Made by a program: the position numbers and the translations under genes
Origin: Candidatus Poribacteria bacterium
Lineage (GTDB): Bacteria > Poribacteria > WGA-4E > WGA-3G
Direction: 5' to 3'
Length of the DNA: 64,000 nt
NCBI GenBank assembly: GCA_963663765.2
Contig: CAXXUA010000004.1
Location: 640,001-704,000, forward strand
In this document: piece by piece, positions 39,190-48,805 of the stretch
How the letters are laid out: every line of letters starts with the position of its first letter
How positions within the stretch are numbered: the first letter of the stretch is position 1
The notes under the pieces: generated by a model
What the model saw: only the letters and a program-made list of their open reading frames with translations
Database searches by the model: none
Told to the model about the DNA's origin: nothing

Positions 39190-41307
39190 TTACTTCAAAA
39201 TCAACATCCGTCGCGTCGCAGTAAAATCGCCTGCGGTGAGCGTATAGAAATACACACCGCTTGCGACAGGTTCACCGACAGCGTTTCTGCCGTCCCAATA
39301 CGCAGCACGACTTTTGCTTTGATAGATACCTGTTGGCTGCTGTCCTAATGTCAATGTCCGAACAACCGCCCCATTTGCTGAATAGATCGTCAAAGTTACA
39401 TCTGCTGACTTTGCGAGCTGGTAAGGTATCCACGTCTCTGGATTGAAAGGATTCGGGTAGTTTGGCAAGAGTGTTGTTTCTTTTGGTGTCAACACTACCA
39501 AGAGTTGTTCAAGGAAACGAATACCTTGTAGTGAGATTGGATCTGTTAGATTCAGCTGCTGTGTTTGTGTAAGCCACTTCTGGACATCTCTTGCATTTAA
39601 CAGAGTCGTAGCCTGGGAATGAAGAGTTGGCGCATTTTCACCTGCTCCCAATGCGGCTGCAACTTTTACAAGGTCAACGATATTGACAACACCATCACCG
39701 TTGATGTCTTCTTTATCTATATCCGATGTGTGATTAAATCGAGATGCCACTTGAACCAAATCAATGATATTTACGATCCCATCGCTGTTTACATCTTCCG
39801 GTCTTAGTTGAGGGTCTATAACGATTCCTGTATTGAACAACAGGTGTTTCAATATTTCGCCCTCGCTGTCTGTAAGGATAACATCGGATAGTATCAGGTT
39901 TGTTGCTTTAATGTCAAGCACTTCAAATGTAATAGACGCGAGATTACCATCACCGTTAACTGTTCCAGCAACAGAAGTCGCAGCAAGCGTGATTTTATTT
40001 GTATCTTCTATCGGCGGTATAGGAAAAGCACCGGTGGGCAGGTAATCTTCATTTGCACTCCCAACATAGCGAAGGACTTTTGAATCGTATATGACACTAA
40101 ACTGGTAACCGCCAACGTTTTGTCCATTCTCAATACTCACGTTAATGGTGAAGTGTTGTCCATTCGCGGGTGATATGACTCGGTAGGGGGTGATACTCAC
40201 TCTATTAGTGGTTTGAAGATTCCAGAGATTGATATACTGATCGTTATGCGTTGCAAGGGTGTTTCCATCGGGACTGAACAATACGGTGTTATAATCGCTG
40301 TCCCCGTAATAGTTGTAACTATCCGGATTTTGATATACATCAAACGCAGCTTTCGGTCTGGCAGTCTCAACATCCCATAGGTAGACGGTGGTGTTTTCTA
40401 TAGTTGCGAGTATTGAACTATCAGAACTGAATGAACCCGATTGCCCTTGTATACTGGCTTTGTATGTGCTTGTGTCCACATCTAACAAGCTAGCTTTGTC
40501 GTCCTGCATGTTTATCAAGAGTGTTTTGCCATCAGGACTAAACATTACCCGATTGATTATGTCTGTACGTCCTTCAATGGTATTTTTGAGATCACCTGTA
40601 GCAACATCCCACAAACGAACTGTACCGTCCGAACTTCCGCTTGCCAACGTTTTTCCATCGGGGCTGAATGATGTGCTATAGACTGCCCCTTTGTGCCCAA
40701 CAATAGTTCTTTTTATTTCACCAGTAGAGACATCCCATAAATCAACGGATCTCCGTTGATTAGCATTTGCCAATGTAGAACTATCTGGACTGAATGAAAG
40801 ACTTTGTGCCAAATTTATATGTCCTCCCGAAATAGTGGCTTTGTGTGTCCAAGTGTCTGTGTCCCACAGATCTACTACCACTTCATTTTGCCAACCGATA
40901 TTACTCATACTCGCCAACGTTTTTCCATCAGGACTGAACAGTAATCTCGCGACATTATCTCCATTTCCATTTAGAGTGCTTTTGCGTACCCGTGTTGCAA
41001 CATCCCACAATAATATTGATCCGTTCAGTTCTCCAGTTGTCAATGTTTTTCCATCTGGACTAAATGCGATACTATAAATTGAGCGAGTTCTGGAGCCATC
41101 AAGTGTAATTATGTGCTCACCTGTAGAAACATTCCATAGGTCCACAGAGTAATTTGTTACACTTGCAAGTGTTTTTCTGTCGGGACTGAACGCTATGCTT
41201 GTAATGTATCTTGAAGTGTTAATAATCGTACGGGGTTCATCTTGTGCAAAGGTGCTTAGCTGAACAAATAAGATTAGAAGTATGGATAAAGTAATACGCC
41301 TCTTCAA
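39190..41307 (-). CDS. Secreted WD40-repeat protein with cohesin, dockerin-like and FlgD/T9SS-like C-terminal domains
   Basis: Signal peptide; repeated 'FSPDGKTLAS...LWDV'; 'GYQFSVIYD' cohesin; two 'D(V/I)N.DG.VNI.DLV' repeats; 'NYPNPFNPETWIPYQL'. Confidence 0.93.
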   Translation of the reverse strand: MKRRITLSILLILFVQLSTFAQDEPRTIINTSRYITSIAFSPDRKTLASVTNYSVDLWNVSTGEHIITLDGSRTRSIYSIAFSPDGKTLTTGELNGSILLWDVATRVRKSTLNGNGDNVARLLFSPDGKTLASMSNIGWQNEVVVDLWDTDTWTHKATISGGHINLAQSLSFSPDSSTLANANQRRSVDLWDVSTGEIKRTIVGHKGAVYSTSFSPDGKTLASGSSDGTVRLWDVATGDLKNTIEGRTDIINRVMFSPDGKTLLINMQDDKASLLDVDTSTYKASIQGQSGSFSSDSSILATIENTTVYLWDVETARPKAAFDVYQNPDSYNYYGDSDYNTVLFSPDGNTLATHNDQYINLWNLQTTNRVSITPYRVISPANGQHFTINVSIENGQNVGGYQFSVIYDSKVLRYVGSANEDYLPTGAFPIPPIEDTNKITLAATSVAGTVNGDGNLASITFEVLDIKATNLILSDVILTDSEGEILKHLLFNTGIVIDPQLRPEDVNSDGIVNIIDLVQVASRFNHTSDIDKEDINGDGVVNIVDLVKVAAALGAGENAPTLHSQATTLLNARDVQKWLTQTQQLNLTDPISLQGIRFLEQLLVVLTPKETTLLPNYPNPFNPETWIPYQLAKSADVTLTIYSANGAVVRTLTLGQQPTGIYQSKSRAAYWDGRNAVGEPVASGVYFYTLTAGDFTATRRMLILK

Positions 41308-41519
41308 AGTGAATTCTCCATTGTCATAAAAAACCAGACATCAATATCCGTATCTTATATATGAAATAGATTGGAAATAGAAATAAGATTGTTGTTTCGG
41401 ATGTTTATAGGTTTCCTGCCCAGCGTTAAAGTGAGTTATAAAAGATTATTTTAGCATGAGGATAAGATAAATTCAACCAGAAATCAATCTGATTTACCCC
41501 CAGTTTTTCAGGGTCTATA

Positions 41520-42763
41520 TGTACTGCCACCGGAAATTCGGGCTACTCTCTAAGACAAGATTATGGTATAATATCCATCTACTTGAAAGGAGTATCCGAT
41601 GGCAAAACGAAAACGAAGAACCGTCACCCCCGAGTTTAAAGCCGAAGTTGTTCTTGAGGCTTTTAGCGGTGAAAGTTCCCAAGCAGAAATATGTCGGCGG
41701 CATAACCTCAGCGATGAACAGCTTTCAAAGTGGAAGCGACAGCTTCTTGAAAATGCGGCGACCCTCTTTGAACCCGCTGATAAAAAGACTGATGCCGCTG
41801 CGGAGCGCATTGCACACCTTGAGCAACTTGTTGGACGATTGACTGTAGTACTTGACATTCAAAAAAAGCCTCGACTTGGTTGAGTTGACCCCAATGGAGC
41901 AGCGAAAAATGGTTACGGCATTACGGACAGACTTTTCAGTTCGGCAGATATGTGAGACACTCGGTTTCAACCGAAGCAACCTCTATTATCACCCCAAGCA
42001 GGCCCCGTGTGAAGCGGGCCTCCGGGATGAAATAGAGAAGTTATCTTTGCTATATCCAACTTATGGATATAGGCGTATCACACCATTGTTAGTGCGTAAC
42101 GGATACACCATCGGGTATAAACGTGTTGCCCGATTGATGAAATCCGCGAACCTCTCGGTTTCTGTCAAACGTGTCTGTCAAACCACGACATCCGTTGCGG
42201 GTGTGCGTCCCTGGAGCAATCGGCTTGAAAACCTTGATGTCTCCCGATGTGATCAGGTCTGGGTGGGCGATATTACCTACGTCCGCCTCAAAGGACACTT
42301 CATCTACGTTTGTCTGCTCATGGATGTCTTCACTCGCATGATCAGAGGGTGGCATATCAGTCAACACTTGACGCAATCTCTGACGCTGAAACCCTTAGAG
42401 ACAGCATTATGTCAAAGTGTTCCAGAGATCCATCATTCTGATCAAGGCGTTCAATATCTTTCAAATTCGTATATCTCACTGCTTAGGCATCATGGGATTG
42501 AGATTTCAGTTGCCCGGAGAGGGTGTCCTTGGGAGAACGGATATGCTGAAAGGCTTATCCGTTCTCCCAAGGAAGAAGAAGTTCATCTCAACGACTATGA
42601 GAACATTCACGAAGCGAGAACCCGCATTGAGCATTTTATTACACAGGTGTATAATCACAAACGCCCTCACTCTGCGTTAGGGTATTTGACACCTATGGAA
42701 TTTGAGCAAAAAAACTTGTCTTAACTTTGCTAAATATTGGTCTGAATAAACGGTAGCACTTCA
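41520..42763 (+). mobile_element. IS3 family insertion sequence (orfA 41599-41883, orfB ending 42724)
   Basis: TG...CA imperfect TIRs, HTH orfA, A7G slippery site at 41861, 'WVGDITY', 'HSDQGVQY', 'WENGYAE', 'RPHSALGY'. Confidence 0.95.
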
Positions 42764-42768
42764 AACGA

Positions 42769-43752
42769 ATGCCTTATAAACCTAGCGATTATTTTAAAAC
42801 TCCATATCTACGAAACTCAGATGAATTATGGAAATATATGCATATAGATAAATTCATGTCAATGCTAAGCAATGGATCACTCTATTTTCCTAACATCTAT
42901 CGCTTTGACGACAAATATGAAGGCACTTTAACAAAACGATCAAGAAAAGAAGTCAAGAAAAAAAGCCTATTAGATAATAATACACTAATAAAATTCACTG
43001 AAGTATTAAAAAAAAGAGAAGAAATTAAAAAAGAATATCCTAATGAGAAAGAGAGAGAAAACAGAATATCATCATATTCCTTTGAAGTATTACTAAAAGT
43101 TTTTTCAAACCATCTCATTTTTTGTAACTGTTGGTTTATAAAAACTGAAGAAAGCCATTCAATGTGGGCTGAATATGGTGATAAAATCCCGACATCCATA
43201 GCCATTCAAACGACGGTGGGTGACTTGAAAAAAAGTTTAAAAATTAGTGATTTTTGTATCCATATAGGTAAAGTTAGATATGTAAACTATGAAAAAGATC
43301 ATATTAAGGGATATGAAAAGTTTGCGTCAGAAGACTTAACTGATCCTGCCATAGTTCTCAAACTACTTTACGCTCCTGTTATGCATAAAAGAAAAATCTA
43401 TAATGACGAGCGTGAAGTCAGAGCAATCATCGCATTCGAAAATACCTATGAAAAATACTTAAATGCAGATAACATAAAGAAAGATAGCATAACAGAAATA
43501 CCTTTCTTTAGTAAACAACTTTTAGATTTAGATACATATCACGACTCCCCAGATGATCATGAATCCGACTTAACACAACGTGTTCGTGTTGGAGAACATG
43601 TCTTTATCAACATAAAGACATTAATACAAAAGGTTGTCATACCTCCAAATGCTAATACTTATTTTGAGAAGCCATTAAAAGAACTATTAGATAAGCACGG
43701 TATAGACCCCGATATAGTAGAAAGATCTAAAATACCTGATAAAAACCGATGA
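42769..43752 (+). CDS. DUF2971-like protein
   Basis: 'LWKYM..DKF', 'F.DKYEG', 'CNCW....ESHSMWAEY', 'KR..Y..E.EVR'. Confidence 0.75.
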   Translation: MPYKPSDYFKTPYLRNSDELWKYMHIDKFMSMLSNGSLYFPNIYRFDDKYEGTLTKRSRKEVKKKSLLDNNTLIKFTEVLKKREEIKKEYPNEKERENRISSYSFEVLLKVFSNHLIFCNCWFIKTEESHSMWAEYGDKIPTSIAIQTTVGDLKKSLKISDFCIHIGKVRYVNYEKDHIKGYEKFASEDLTDPAIVLKLLYAPVMHKRKIYNDEREVRAIIAFENTYEKYLNADNIKKDSITEIPFFSKQLLDLDTYHDSPDDHESDLTQRVRVGEHVFINIKTLIQKVVIPPNANTYFEKPLKELLDKHGIDPDIVERSKIPDKNR

Positions 43753-43760
43753 GAAGTGGT

Positions 43761-44363
43761 CTACAACAGTTGATTCAGAACCACATCTGGAATCTGTTTC
43801 TCTTCAAATCGCAAAGCATAATAATCGTTTGGATTATTAGGTTCTAACGCTAACTTGTTATATGTTTCAAGAGCAATACCTCTAAATTCTCCCCAAAAAG
43901 TCTTTACTGATAAAACTGCTTTATTTTCAAATACAAGAAGACCAGAAGAAGCTATAATATAAGCATATCCTTTATATGCAAAGTTTAATTCAGCAAGGAC
44001 AATTCGTTCATAATCTGGGCATAACAGAAGAATCAAATCATAACTTGACACATCAACAGTAAATTCAGTAATATAGCGTTCGTTTCCGCTCCAATCCGTT
44101 TTTTCAGCACCATTAGGATCTCTTTCTTTTGGGTATCTATCAATAGCTACAACCTTTCCGCCATTTTCTATGCCTAATGATTTATTAATTTCATCTACTT
44201 TAGTATTAAATGCCTCACTACCATTGTAATATTTTCTACTGATTGAAAAAGGTTCTCGGTCTTTGAATACCAGAACATCATAATAATTATCTTCCCCCAA
44301 ACCAACTAAATCTGAACCTCTATAAAAAATAGGTTCTAACTTAACCAACAAGACATTTAACAT
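43761..44363 (-). CDS. Hypothetical protein
   Basis: AGGAG RBS before ATG 44363; TTGACA upstream at 44429. Confidence 0.65.
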   Translation of the reverse strand: MLNVLLVKLEPIFYRGSDLVGLGEDNYYDVLVFKDREPFSISRKYYNGSEAFNTKVDEINKSLGIENGGKVVAIDRYPKERDPNGAEKTDWSGNERYITEFTVDVSSYDLILLLCPDYERIVLAELNFAYKGYAYIIASSGLLVFENKAVLSVKTFWGEFRGIALETYNKLALEPNNPNDYYALRFEEKQIPDVVLNQLL

Positions 44364-44644
44364 AAGTCTCTCCTGAATATTATTCTTTACCCTTACAATA
44401 AGTAAAACACATCTGATTATCTTTGTCAATCTTGTATTGGCAATATTAGATTTTGGAATCTAAGGTAATTTTTGGAATCGTTTCCGCCTGAAAAGGTAAA
44501 CTTATTCTGTCATAATTAACTGAAACCAATCTATTAAACCTAATCTTTCTAACAACATATTTTGCGGTATTGGATTGACGCTTTCTATATTTATGACATT
44601 GAACTGTGCATTAAATGCTGATTCTAAGCCCAATTCATTTTGTA

Positions 44645-44673
44645 TTGCACATATTTTGTTTATTTGCTACAAT
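44645..44673 (+). promoter_or_regulatory. Sigma70-type promoter directly before the structured region
   Basis: TTGCAC-17 bp-TACAAT with TG extension; predicted +1 near 44680. Confidence 0.6.
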
Positions 44674-44679
44674 ATATGT

Positions 44680-46391
44680 TGACGTTGGCAATTCACGGAG
44701 CGCGTGAGTTACGTCAGGGCTGCTTCCTAATCATTTTAGGTGCGCCGCAGGTGCAAGCACACCCGCGACGCTTAGCACTGCCATAATACGAGTATGACAG
44801 CGCTGGTTTCTATTATATCAGAAAGTTCTTCTTGCTGGTAGTTTAAAGTGGAAACCAGCTCCCTAATGAACTTTGACGTTCAAGTTGGGTAATATTTAAA
44901 CAGGTCTACAAGCGTTTGCTATTAGACCATTGCCTTTCAGTCCTATATAACGGAGTAAGTCCTCCGAACCGTCTGCAAATTGATCGAGAAATCCGTTCAC
45001 CCGGGCCCTGAACTCCTCCCACTGGCTCGCAAAGCGATGCATCTTAAACACGTCTACACGCAGCCATCTCCACAACTTCTCAATCGGGTTCAACCACGGT
45101 GCATAGGTCGGTAGCCAAACAGGCTTGATCTGTGGTAACTCTGATAACGCATCAAGCACATCTGGATGTTTATGAATAGACCAGTTATCTTGAACAACAT
45201 AAAGTATTTCTGCTTGTGGATATACTTGTGTCAACTTCTGATACATTTCAATCACTTTCGCACGTCCTACAATGTAGTTATCAAGATAACAGACCTGCCC
45301 TGTCAACGCATTCAGTGCACCAATAATTCGCCATTGCTGGTTATTTCCATCACAACTTGCCACAGGAATACTTTCCGGCGGTGCTTGTGTCCAAACACGC
45401 CCCGCTTCAGGCCAACGAGTATATCCCATCTCATCCAGAAATACCAACTCTTGTTGACCACGATTGCCAATGGTCTGCTGTAAGCAGGAACACAAATGCA
45501 ACACTTTCTCCTTATACTCAGGATCCGGACTATACTGCTGCACGCGACCTGAGCGAAGACGCAAACCACAACGAGACAGCACTCTATGAACACCGCTCAG
45601 GCTGTATCCTTCTAACCAATCAAGACTCGCACGTAGTGTCCGAAGCGTCCAACGATTTGGGGGAGGCACATCAGTAGAAACAACTTTCGCATTATCCATA
45701 ACTTCAGCAGGGACTTGGCGCACACGTTCTAATAGTTCTTCTTCTTTTTTTTTTGAAAATCGTTGTCTTGCTCCACCATGTTGTCGCTGTATGAGTTCAT
45801 CAAAACCTTCTTCTTCATAAATATTCAACCATCTGTAGACAGTATCAGGCTTGCGGCGTTTGAGTAACCCACTTTTTGAAACCCGGTGTGCAGGAATACC
45901 ATCGTTTACTTTCAACAACGCTGCAGCTTTTTCTCTGACATCAGGCCGGGGGTGATGATCTCTGTATTTAATCAATTTCTGTCTTTCTTCTTCTGAAAGA
46001 ATAAGTTCTCTGCGTTTTGCCATGATATACTCCTTATATTTAGAATTATATCATTATAACATTACCCCGTTTGAATGTCAAAGTTCATTAGGGTGAGTTG
46101 CCTGAAACTTCTTCTATTTGGTTAACAAACCTGTTAACCTTCCCTGTAGACTGTCAAAATGTGTATACACAACCCCGGTGTTACTTAGTGCAGTCTAAAA
46201 ATGGGATGCCCCTAAGTATTATATATCAGCACGTATAGCAACTTTATACGTTCACATAGATCAACATTAGGTGACATGCTAGTTAGCGATGCTGTCACGC
46301 ACGGATTATCGCGCACATTGCATGGAGATACTATTGATAGGTATGGTACAGCTGCTACCACAAAGTATCCATTCAATAGAGGTATATATCA
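44680..46391 (+). ncRNA. Candidate large structured RNA or leader (approx. 490 nt once the IS630 at 44866-46088 is removed)
   Basis: About ten consecutive stems and a possible pseudoknot; non-coding; starts at the predicted TSS; family not recognised. Confidence 0.5.
44866..46088 (-). mobile_element. IS630 family insertion sequence (transposase 44896-46023)
   Basis: TIR ATGAACTTTGAC...GTCAAAGTTCAT, TA duplication in CCCTAGGG; 'FLDE', 'VQDN...H', 'LPTYAPWLNPIE'. Confidence 0.96.
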
Positions 46392-47153
46392 GTGAAAAAG
46401 TGGTTATCACAATACTTCAGAATTCTAATAGGATTTGTTTTTGGCTTTTTGATTGCTATACTACTTGTTCATGGTACAGAGTTATTTGGTTATGCACAAG
46501 CAGATACTGCTACATTTGCGATTATTGGTATAGGAACACTTATTGGAATCGTTTAGCATATCCAACACAAGAGCAACAAATGAATTTTAATGTTTCAGAC
46601 TTAAAATGGTACGATATTGGTGAAAAAACTGAATTTTATCTAAGGGAATATCCAAAAATATTGGAAGCTTCCTTAAGAACTTTACAAGAGATACATCCAA
46701 ATGTTTCGAAAACAGAATTATATAAAATAGTCATCAAATCCCATGCAGATCTTATAGGTATTCCCCCTGAAGAGAAAGTTGATTATGCAGAAGATGTTTT
46801 ACGACAAGTAGAAACGATATGTATTGCACGATCTACACCATTCTGTTTTCGCATTATTGTTTTTCATCTAATAACTCAATTTGATAAAGTTCGGACTGGA
46901 GAGTCCCCAGATGTCCGAAAAACGCGAGGAAATCAGAAGCACGGATTTGATGCAGAAGCTGGAAGAAAAAGTGACAAGCCTACGACGAGATATGACACCA
47001 GAACAGACTATGAGCTGCCTAATACAGAACAACGACTTCTTTACCATATTAGAAGCCGACGATCTAATAGAAGGAGCAACCGCAGCACTGTGGATACTAA
47101 TCGATATGATACTGATAAACCTGGGCTACCCAATTCCAGATGACAAAACATAA
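46392..47153 (+). pseudogene. Two-TM protein with helical domain, broken by two single-base indels (approx. 46553 and 46905)
   Basis: GAGGT RBS plus GTG 'MKKWLSQYFRILIGF...'; +T in GTTTAG and -C in TCCCC join three frames into approx. 253 aa. Confidence 0.55.
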
Positions 47154-47169
47154 TGAGGTTTAATAGAGC

Positions 47170-48668
47170 ATGGATATAGCAATACTTATTGTGATTAGTT
47201 CTATAGCCCACAGAGGTGCATGCGTTATTATACCATTTCCAATAGATTTATTCTCATTATTATTGTATAATATTTGACAAATTTTATTTAGAGAAAGGTA
47301 GTTTTCTATGAACAAAAAAGTTCCTGATATTACAGAAAGTGTTAAAGAACTAAAATCCCTCATGAGCACCGCTAAGGATACGACTGAAAAAGACAAAATT
47401 CGTATGCTCTATCTACTAAAAAGCGGTGAAGCGAAAAATCGTATAGGTGTAGCCGCTTTGCTCGGTATGTGCCGAGAAACGATTGGCCAATGGTTATCCA
47501 AGTATGAAGCAAGGGGACTTGAGCAGTTGTTAGAACGCCGTTATGCTCCGGGACGCAAACCCTTTATGACACCCGATCAACTTGAGACACTCCGAGAAAA
47601 ATTGAACGAACCAGAAGGTTTTAGCAGTTATGTTGAGATCCACCGATATGTCATTGAGACGTTTGGAGTTGAGATAAGTTATCAGGCGATTTATGCACTG
47701 GTGCATGATAGATGGCATGCGAAACTCAAAGTGCCACGCAAAAGTCATATAAAAAAAACGCCGATGCAGCAGATGAGTTCGTAAAGAACTTTTCATCAGA
47801 AGTATTCTCTGCTATTTCAGAAAAGCGTTCCACTGGTCAGCGTGTTCGCCTTTTCTGTGAAGATGAAACCAGATATGGCACTTTATCGGACACTCATAGA
47901 CGGATTACCGCACGGGGTGTCAAACCTGTTGCCAAAATAGATTATACTTATGAGGCAGTTTATCTATATGGAGCTGTTGAACCCCTTACGGGCAAAGGGT
48001 GTTTTCTTGAACTCCCTTATCTGAATGCAGCCTGTTTCCAGATCTTTATAGACCATCTCAGTGAGACTTTTCCCGATACCCTAAATGTGGTGATCCTTGA
48101 TAATGGTCGGTTCCATCACGCAAAAGCGTTGAAAGTGCCTGAAAACGTTGTCCTACACTTTCTACCTCCTTATTGTCCGGAATTGAACCCGATTGAGCGT
48201 CTGTGGCAAGATATCAAAGCAAAGTTATTTAGCAAAACATATCAAACCTTGAAACACATGCAAGAAAGCATCACACACATACTATCTGATTATTCTAACG
48301 ATGTCATCGCAAAAATCACAGGGTTCTCGTATTTTATAAAAACTGCTAATGAGATATAATCAATTAGAATTGGTATTACCAACAATAACATTAACCGCAC
48401 CGGTGTATTATGCAATCCTATTTGGACGACTACATCTTTTGGAAATAACTTTGTTTCTGTATACATGTTCACTTCTATTCATATCTCTTGCCTTAACGGG
48501 TTATTGCTCTACGGTTGGATAGGTCTACTAATTGCAGGAATTGCGACATGGATTGGCATGCCACTTCTAAACTTATTTTTCAGATATAATCCTGGCTCAC
48601 AATTACAGATATGCGGCATAGTCACTCTAATCTGGACAACGGCTTGTAACCACTCCTTGACTATGTAA
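47170..48668 (+). pseudogene. Small membrane protein interrupted by IS630
   Basis: Removing the IS restores '...HALLPTITLTAPVYYAILF...GWIGLLIAGIATW...'; further indels present. Confidence 0.45.
47231..48375 (+). mobile_element. IS630 family insertion sequence, two-ORF frameshift type (47308-47784 and 47712-48359)
   Basis: TACCATTTCCAATAGATT/AATCAATTAGAATTGGTA ends, (T)TA duplication, A8 slippery site at 47751, 'EDETRYG', 'LDNGRFH', 'LPPYCPELNPIE'. Confidence 0.95.
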
Positions 48669-48805
48669 GCCGTCTATAATCTGATTTTATTCAAGGGGAG
48701 TTCTAACAGAAGCGATTCCCATTTCTATGCTACAACCAGCCCACTAATGAAGTTGTAAATCCAGAGTTCGCGTCATAATGCAACATAGACACGAAAGGAA
48801 TAAAT

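Noticed and set aside
44739-46310. Group II intron (GTGCG at approx. 44740; TCACGCACGG at approx. 46295)
   Set aside because: No domain V 5' arm (AGC/CGC triad stem), no domain VI/AY end and no RT ORF.
44680-46391. Retron or other RT-associated ncRNA
   Set aside because: No reverse transcriptase (YADD-type) gene was recognised anywhere in the window.
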